IMG/VR virus record: IMGVR_UViG_3300034110_001237
Span: 64,001 to 128,000 of that record
DNA from: a virus
Reading direction: 5' to 3' (one strand)
DNA length: 64,000 bases
The translations under genes and the position numbers were made by a program. Positions 58,047-64,000 of the stretch are shown in pieces (positions within the stretch are counted from its first letter, which is position 1; every line of letters begins with the position of its first letter). Under the pieces are notes generated by a model. That model saw only the letters and a list, made by a program, of their open reading frames with translations, was not told where the DNA came from and did not search any database.

Positions 58047-58607
58047 ATGAATAATAAACTTTTTTTATTTGCACTTTTTGGATTAATTCCTGTCACTTCT
58101 ATGGCTGATTATAGAATGCATATTAATTTCTCTGATCCATCCAGTATTTCTTTTGGATCAAACACCAGTGAACCGGGTGAAGGTACACCAGAAGAACCTA
58201 CCGATCCAGTTGATACTTGTCCGACAAATTTTCCTGCACCCACCTTTTTAACTGGGTTTCCCTATGTGCAAAAAAGTGGGCTTGATGTTATTTATAATGT
58301 TCAAATTACAGCAGTGGGTGGTTATTCTTCATATGAAGAATTGTCTACATATAATGAAGCTAATTCTGGTGGTAAACGTTATTTTAAGATGTTAACTACT
58401 CGAGCTGATGATGGCATACTTTCTAATTTAGATGGTGGATTATATGTTGGGACTACTCAATCGTGGATGGTTAAAAATGGCAATTATTTAAAAGTTACGG
58501 TTACTCCAATTGCTTTTGATATGAAAGAAGGCACTGTCTGTGCAACTGGAACGCCTTTTATTTTGGTAAATAAGACACATACACAGCTATATTCAGAAGC
58601 ACATTAA
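58047..58607 (+). CDS. secreted protein, A(D/E)Y N-terminal family
   Basis: TTGACA-N17-TATAAT promoter; signal peptide, ADYRMHINF...SSISF, EPGEGTPEEP linker. Confidence 0.8.
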   Translation: MNNKLFLFALFGLIPVTSMADYRMHINFSDPSSISFGSNTSEPGEGTPEEPTDPVDTCPTNFPAPTFLTGFPYVQKSGLDVIYNVQITAVGGYSSYEELSTYNEANSGGKRYFKMLTTRADDGILSNLDGGLYVGTTQSWMVKNGNYLKVTVTPIAFDMKEGTVCATGTPFILVNKTHTQLYSEAH

Positions 58608-58713
58608 TTTAAATTATAATTTTAAAGAACCTTTCAAGGTTCTTTTTTAATACTTGATATTTTTCTAAGTGTTTGGTAAAATAGAGCCATATTTGATAAA
58701 GAGAGTATTGCCA

Positions 58714-59052
58714 ATGACTACGACCATCTTGACTGTTGAACAACAACGTAATCGTTTTGTAAAGCACCACAAAAACGCAGCACCTGTTGAATTTGACTAC
58801 ACCTTTGAAGGTAATGGTTTTAAAGACGTTATGCTTAATGGTATCTTTTTGGGATGGTTGTTGGCTGTTGAAGCACAGACCAAAGACGAAGTGAATCTCT
58901 ATTACAGCCGAACCTATGGTTGGAAACTTGAATCTGCTGATAGTGGTTTCACTGTCCCTTCGCCAGAATTCATGCGGCGGTCGGATGAAGATAAAGTCAT
59001 TGAATGGGCTAAAGAACATGGTTTTTTGGTGATTAAAGTTGATGATGAATAA
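58714..59052 (+). CDS. hypothetical protein
   Basis: RBS GAGAG before ATG 58714. Confidence 0.75.
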   Translation: MTTTILTVEQQRNRFVKHHKNAAPVEFDYTFEGNGFKDVMLNGIFLGWLLAVEAQTKDEVNLYYSRTYGWKLESADSGFTVPSPEFMRRSDEDKVIEWAKEHGFLVIKVDDE

Positions 59053-59094
59053 TCTTTGACTGCATAAAAAAGCCCAGCTAATGCTGGGTTTTCT

Positions 59095-59604
59095 TTATTT
59101 CTTATTCCATTTTTCTTGACAGACAAATCTAATGCGTTCTATTTCATCCAAGAACCATTGATAATCAGTAGCAAGATAGATTTTGTATTTACCATTCTTG
59201 CCATACCAGTTGAAATGGATAAATGGTAATGTGGACGCTACCAACATATTAAGTAAATCTCTGTTTTGACGCAGCTTACATCGCAATCCTTCCAAAATAT
59301 CTTCGACTTCTTCACTGGTCAACTCAGTAGTTCTTGGATTTAACTTATCCAGTTCATCCCCTTTTTGTTTGGCTTCGTAACCATACAGTGATCTCAACTC
59401 ATCATGTTGCTGACCTGACCAAAGCCATGCCCAGTAGCCTTCCATACTTTCGAAGTGGCCGTGTTTGGGATGATTGAATGGATAGTGTGCGAAGTTGCTT
59501 AATGCTTTTCCAATTTTAGTTTTTCCTTTGGACGCCGCATTGATAAATAGAATGCCATCGTTGTCTGGCGAAATGTCTTCTTCTTGCAGAATGGTAATTG
59601 TCAT
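59095..59604 (-). CDS. NADAR-like protein (divergent)
   Basis: LSNFA..PF.....G.F.S.EGYW, EAK..G, KLRQN..L...L.AST follow the NADAR motif order. Confidence 0.65.
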   Translation of the reverse strand: MTITILQEEDISPDNDGILFINAASKGKTKIGKALSNFAHYPFNHPKHGHFESMEGYWAWLWSGQQHDELRSLYGYEAKQKGDELDKLNPRTTELTSEEVEDILEGLRCKLRQNRDLLNMLVASTLPFIHFNWYGKNGKYKIYLATDYQWFLDEIERIRFVCQEKWNKK

Positions 59605-59677
59605 TGTTAATAACTCCTAAGATCTCTATTAACAATAACATGTTTTTTAATCTTTTCAATTTATGGTTAAGAAGCTT

Positions 59678-60124
59678 TTAGTCCTTTTTGGATTCCTTGG
59701 TCAGTCTTGCTTCAAAATCTTTGTAGTTTTTGATAGCCACTCGCATTTCAGATTCGAGCTTTTCTTTCTTTTGTTCATCAACAATTCTTTGATCTAAAGT
59801 GACTTTTGGTTTTTCATTGAGATCTTGAATGCAATCGGTAATCCAAGGAATAAAAACACCATGTCGAATCGCTTTCACAGCTTTATAAAGAAACAATAGT
59901 GTCATGATACCCACACCAATGCAGCCGATGGTAAACATCACTGTCGAAATAAGGAAATACAATGGAAAGAAAAAGTCAGATTCCGCCACGTAGCTGATAC
60001 GGATAATGAACTGCAGCATAAACCCAAGCACCATCATTGCCATTGATAGACAGAAAACGGAACTCTTCACAGAGTTATCTACCAACATCCAGCTTGGTAT
60101 TTTTGATTTTAGGTCTATGCTCAT
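59678..60124 (-). CDS. 2-TM membrane protein
   Basis: RBS GAGGA; two TM then charged tail. Confidence 0.75.
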   Translation of the reverse strand: MSIDLKSKIPSWMLVDNSVKSSVFCLSMAMMVLGFMLQFIIRISYVAESDFFFPLYFLISTVMFTIGCIGVGIMTLLFLYKAVKAIRHGVFIPWITDCIQDLNEKPKVTLDQRIVDEQKKEKLESEMRVAIKNYKDFEARLTKESKKD

Positions 60125-60188
60125 TCTTTAAATCCTCATTAATTACTGCAATTGTATCAAACGTAAGCAGATATTGCAATACATTATA

Positions 60189-60716
60189 TTATATCGTTAA
60201 CATATTAGCGACTGTCAGCCTTTGATTAAATTCGACACTTGTAAAATTGTAGACACCGACTGTATACATTTCTGGCAACAGCTCTTTAAGTTCCGGCCCT
60301 TTGTAGTGTTTGGACATCATGAGTAATTTCAATAACTTCTCATCTAAACCCACATTAAAGTTACAGATGACTTTTTCATTGATATTACGTTGATAACGAT
60401 AAACAATATCATTCAGTTCAAGATGGTTTTCACCCTTGACATCTTCATAGAAAATCCAGAGCATCGAGCCATTGGCTTTGTTGTAAAAGGAGAATCGTAA
60501 TCGTTTGAACTTACCATCATCAAAAATGGCATCGCAGTCTTCTAGCATCCCCGGAAAGGAAATGCCTAATGTTATAGTATCAAAGTTAAGTGTTGTCTTA
60601 TAGATTAAGCCACAAGTTCCTTTGATAGCGGCGTCTTCGCACAGCACTTCGAAATAGCTGGGAAGCCCCCATTTATTTTTATCTTTGAAGTCAGTTAGGA
60701 CAAATTTTTCATACAT
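60189..60716 (-). CDS. hypothetical protein, paralog of 60718, C-terminal MxxI tag
   Basis: F.GM...C.A.F...G.FK; PEMYTVGVYNF; ends VANMLTI. Confidence 0.85.
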   Translation of the reverse strand: MYEKFVLTDFKDKNKWGLPSYFEVLCEDAAIKGTCGLIYKTTLNFDTITLGISFPGMLEDCDAIFDDGKFKRLRFSFYNKANGSMLWIFYEDVKGENHLELNDIVYRYQRNINEKVICNFNVGLDEKLLKLLMMSKHYKGPELKELLPEMYTVGVYNFTSVEFNQRLTVANMLTI

Positions 60717-60717
60717 A

Positions 60718-61230
60718 TTAAATTAACACCATATTAGCGAGATCTATTCTTTGTTTGAAATTATCACTATTGAAATCATACACTCCTTTCTGATAAAATT
60801 CTGGGAATGTTTCTTCTACGAATTCTTGCTGACCAGTCTTGCTACTCATCAATATTTTGATCAGATCTTCGTCAAAAATAGCTCCAAATCTATATTTTTG
60901 GTGATCTTCAATATGTCCACCAGATGGGTTGTATCCAAAGGCTGTTCTAACAAAATTCAAATCCTTATCAACTGTAATGCTTAGTATTTTATTATATATT
61001 CTGCTATTAAAAGCAAAATGAATGTTTTTAAAACGACCTTCATCTGTAAAGTATGCTCGACACGATTCTTCCATACCATCAAATTCCATGCCCGTTTTGA
61101 CATTAGAAAGATCGAGACTTTTATTGTTTGCATAGCGATGAATTTCTTTTTCAACAATAGCTTCTAAAAGATCGATGAAACCTGTTTTATCAGCTTTAAA
61201 AAAATTCGAAATTGTTGGATATTCTAACAT
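60718..61230 (-). CDS. hypothetical protein, paralog of 60189, C-terminal MxxI tag
   Basis: Same motifs; ends LANMVLI. Confidence 0.85.
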   Translation of the reverse strand: MLEYPTISNFFKADKTGFIDLLEAIVEKEIHRYANNKSLDLSNVKTGMEFDGMEESCRAYFTDEGRFKNIHFAFNSRIYNKILSITVDKDLNFVRTAFGYNPSGGHIEDHQKYRFGAIFDEDLIKILMSSKTGQQEFVEETFPEFYQKGVYDFNSDNFKQRIDLANMVLI

Positions 61231-61401
61231 TAGATAGCTCCAGTGAAAAATAGAACGTTATTATAACATATTGGTAACAGAAAAATCAAATGTTATAAAA
61301 TTCCGTATTAAAACTTATACTATTGCTATTGTTTAAAAAAAATCTTTGCTCTATGACAATAAATAGTGTATAATTCTAATATCATTTAAGGTACCTAAAT
61401 T

Positions 61402-62400
61402 ATGCACAACTTCCATTCTCATCATGCTCACGACGACCATGCTCATGATCCCGTTAACGTCGCCAATCATGATCATTGTCCAAGCCTTCATATTCATGAC
61501 ATCAATAAACAGAAATCAAGTGGGCGTAAAAAGCTAGGCATGATCATGACGATCACCTTTGCTTTTGCCATTGTTGAAATGGTGGGTGGGTGGTTTTCAG
61601 GTTCGTTAGCCCTCATTTCAGACGCTTTCCATATGCTAACAGACTCATCGTCTCTTATGCTTGCTTTAATCATGGCAATTCTTGCTCAAAGACCGGCAGA
61701 TGATAAGTATTCCTATGGTCATGGTCGTTGGGAGATTATCGGGGCATTACTGAATGGTATTTTCATGATTGCTGTGATTGTCTTCTTGATTTATGAAGGC
61801 ATCGACAGGATCTTGAATCCAAGACCCGTTGAGTCTACGACTATTATCTGGATTGCCACTATTGGTTTGTTGATCAATATTTTTGCGGCATGGTTACTTC
61901 ATTCACACAGCCATTCATTAAACACCCGTGGGGCGTTTCTTCACGTCTTGGGTGATTTACTGGGTAGTGTCGCGGCAATTGCGGCTGGTGTGCTTATCTA
62001 CTTTACTGGCATGACCATCTTTGATCCAATCATTTCTATCGTTGTGGCTCTTATTTTGGTTGCACCTACTTACAATTTGTTGAAACAAACGTCTCGTATT
62101 ATCTTGGAAGGTGTTCCAGAACATATTAATTATGTCGAAGTAGGTAAAAGCTTAAATGAAGTAGAAAATGTACTTTCAGTTCATGATCTTCACATTTGGT
62201 CAATGACATCCGAACATATTTCATTGTCAGCACACGTTGAAATTGCCAGCATTGATCAGTGGGAACAAGTATTAGCTGATATTCAGCTTATGTTGTCTAA
62301 CAAATTCCAGATTAACCACATCACCCTTCAACCCGAAGTCCATAAAGAACACAAAGATGATCCTTTTGAAGATAATCATCTGGTTGAAGATGCTAATTAA
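61402..62400 (+). CDS. cation diffusion facilitator (Zn/Co/Cd efflux, ZitB/CzcD-like)
   Basis: His-rich N-terminus; SGSLALISDAFHMLTD; YSYG..R.E; SLN.RGAFLHVLGDLLGS; VHDLHIWS; HITLQPE. Confidence 0.95.
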   Translation: MHNFHSHHAHDDHAHDPVNVANHDHCPSLHIHDINKQKSSGRKKLGMIMTITFAFAIVEMVGGWFSGSLALISDAFHMLTDSSSLMLALIMAILAQRPADDKYSYGHGRWEIIGALLNGIFMIAVIVFLIYEGIDRILNPRPVESTTIIWIATIGLLINIFAAWLLHSHSHSLNTRGAFLHVLGDLLGSVAAIAAGVLIYFTGMTIFDPIISIVVALILVAPTYNLLKQTSRIILEGVPEHINYVEVGKSLNEVENVLSVHDLHIWSMTSEHISLSAHVEIASIDQWEQVLADIQLMLSNKFQINHITLQPEVHKEHKDDPFEDNHLVEDAN

Positions 62401-62465
62401 ATACTTCTATCTATCGTCCGTTATCTGTGATATACTCTATGTATTCTCAATAACGGACTTTTAAC

Positions 62466-62735
62466 ATGCACTATTTGAAATACCTGTTTGATTGGAACAA
62501 CCACCCTATTCGAACACTCTACGTCTTAATTCCTATTGTTATCCTTAAATTTGGCTATTTGTTGGCATATTCTGTTGCACAGATAACGGTTAATCAATAC
62601 TGGGTTCCCTTGATTATTACGGTGCTTGGATTTATTCTCTTTGTGGTTTGTGTCTGGCCCCTATATCGCATTATTCGTGATAAGGAAGCCGCAAACAAAA
62701 CTCAAAAAAAACAACAATTTGATGAAAAACATTAA
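62466..62735 (+). CDS. small 2-TM membrane protein
   Basis: Two hydrophobic segments. Confidence 0.7.
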   Translation: MHYLKYLFDWNNHPIRTLYVLIPIVILKFGYLLAYSVAQITVNQYWVPLIITVLGFILFVVCVWPLYRIIRDKEAANKTQKKQQFDEKH

Positions 62736-62858
62736 ATTATTGACCATTTTTAATTTTAGTGTTATAATTTAACTCTAAATTAGACACCAGCTAATGCCAC
62801 CCCATTAGTTTGGATAGAAACATTGATAATAATATTTTACAATTTTTGGAGTCCTACA

Positions 62859-63191
62859 ATGACTAACGCTACTATTAAGATCGACAATAAAGAAATTTCT
62901 ACTCTAGCTGCTGAATGGCTGGATGCTATTGAAACCATTCCTAACGAAAGCATTTACTCTAAAATGAAAGTACGAGAAGAGTCAATGAACTTGTGGAACA
63001 TGTTCCGAACCAACTGCGATGTGCTGGTTAATGGTGATGTTTCTATTGTTGTGGCCGAAACTGACATCATGGCAAAGTCGAAGGCATATGCGGTGTTTGT
63101 GCATTCCCTACCAGAAGATATTCGTGAGTTGTTTAATCACAAGTTTGAAAATTTTTGGGAAGCGGTTTGTTCCCATATGGTTCTCAGATAA
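62859..63191 (+). CDS. hypothetical protein
   Basis: RBS GGAG before ATG 62859. Confidence 0.75.
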   Translation: MTNATIKIDNKEISTLAAEWLDAIETIPNESIYSKMKVREESMNLWNMFRTNCDVLVNGDVSIVVAETDIMAKSKAYAVFVHSLPEDIRELFNHKFENFWEAVCSHMVLR

Positions 63192-63221
63192 GCAGACATG
63201 AATAAAGCCTCTTCGGAGGCT

Positions 63222-64000
63222 TTATTTTTTGAATATTACATCGAGTTTGCCAACATAGTCGTTGATGTTAGGTAGTCCATCACATAGGTAATCTGCGTTA
63301 AAACTACTGCCAATATTTGAAAAATATCTTCTTTCCATTGTACACATATAATCTTTTGGTGATTTTTCAGTCCTAACGATGACTTCATTTGGCACATCCA
63401 GTAATGTGGTCGATTGAACACCATCCATTCTTATCTTTAAGCTTTGTTCTAGGCTTGGAATGATATAGTTTTCTGGATACACATCATTTTCTTGGCTTCT
63501 CATTGAACCATTGACTTCATAAATATCTCGTTGTGCCTTATAGACATCATCGCTGTAATCAAATGTAATCAACACATTCAAATTACCCAATGAATTTTGC
63601 AATGATGTTGTATTTTCTATTAGTTGAATATCTTTATTATTCGCAAGCCCTGCATACTCTATATTGTATCTTTTATGATTCCCACTTGGAACCAATTGTG
63701 GATTTCTTTTTAATTCAATAGAAATCATGGGAAATGAATAGGATGGTTTATTTTCATTCATTTCATAATTTTCATTAGGTAATAATGATTTTAAAGCTGC
63801 ATTAGTCGTTTGTTTTTCAATGTCAGACACAATAACTCTTCTCAATGGAATTTTAAAACTATTATCAATAGTATAACGTCTACCCTGTAAAAGCATTTGT
63901 TCTTTTTTTCTGTATAATTCTGGATCGATTTTGTCTATGGCAGTATTTAATTCTTCATCTTCAATACCTACAAACGAATCTTTTTTAACGGTTTGAACGG
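63222..64000 (-). CDS. hypothetical protein, 5' end beyond window
   Basis: Reading frame stays open upstream of 63896 to the window edge. Confidence 0.7.
   Translation of the reverse strand, partial: VQTVKKDSFVGIEDEELNTAIDKIDPELYRKKEQMLLQGRRYTIDNSFKIPLRRVIVSDIEKQTTNAALKSLLPNENYEMNENKPSYSFPMISIELKRNPQLVPSGNHKRYNIEYAGLANNKDIQLIENTTSLQNSLGNLNVLITFDYSDDVYKAQRDIYEVNGSMRSQENDVYPENYIIPSLEQSLKIRMDGVQSTTLLDVPNEVIVRTEKSPKDYMCTMERRYFSNIGSSFNADYLCDGLPNINDYVGKLDVIFKK

Noticed and set aside
1-64000. Stop-codon reassignment (as in some large phages)
   Set aside because: Recognisable genes are intact under code 11; TAA, TGA and TAG all end genes, and no suppressor tRNA is seen.
1-64000. Integron cassette array, IS or integrase
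   Set aside because: No attC-like GTTRRRY-bounded repeats, transposase or recombinase recognised; intergenic hairpins are ordinary terminators.

Overview
AT-rich, gene-dense window with about 110 mostly short, mostly + strand ORFs. Many have their own sigma70-like promoter (TTGnnn-N17-TATAAT, often with an extended TG -10) and intrinsic terminator. No rRNA, core housekeeping, capsid/tail, replicase or conjugation gene is recognisable, so this looks like the accessory region of a very large mobile element (jumbo phage or megaplasmid). A DUF2790-like gene hints at a Pseudomonas-type host. Recognisable genes: two RNA ligases (DRB0094/Rnl5-type and T4 Rnl1-type), an orphan amino-DNA methyltransferase, a class I SAM methyltransferase, DUF1643, three GNATs, a NADAR-like protein, a PRTase-like protein, a ZitB/CzcD-type CDF transporter, three trypsin-fold lipoproteins, a stand-alone topoisomerase IA catalytic domain, and canonical tRNA-Leu(TAG) and tRNA-Cys(GCA). 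Three unexplained signals stand out. (1) An ncRNA island at 49.1-50.8 kb holds a duplicated, covarying multi-stem RNA with its own promoters and three tRNA-like RNAs; with a fourth at 40.5 kb, all keep acceptor and T arms but have lost, expanded or rebuilt their anticodon/D arms. (2) Fourteen proteins from several unrelated families end in the same C-terminal tag, phi-phi-x-M-x-x-phi-COOH. (3) Four secreted proteins share a short mature N-terminal A(D/E)Y strand fused to unrelated bodies. All calls are by eye; no database search or folding program was run.
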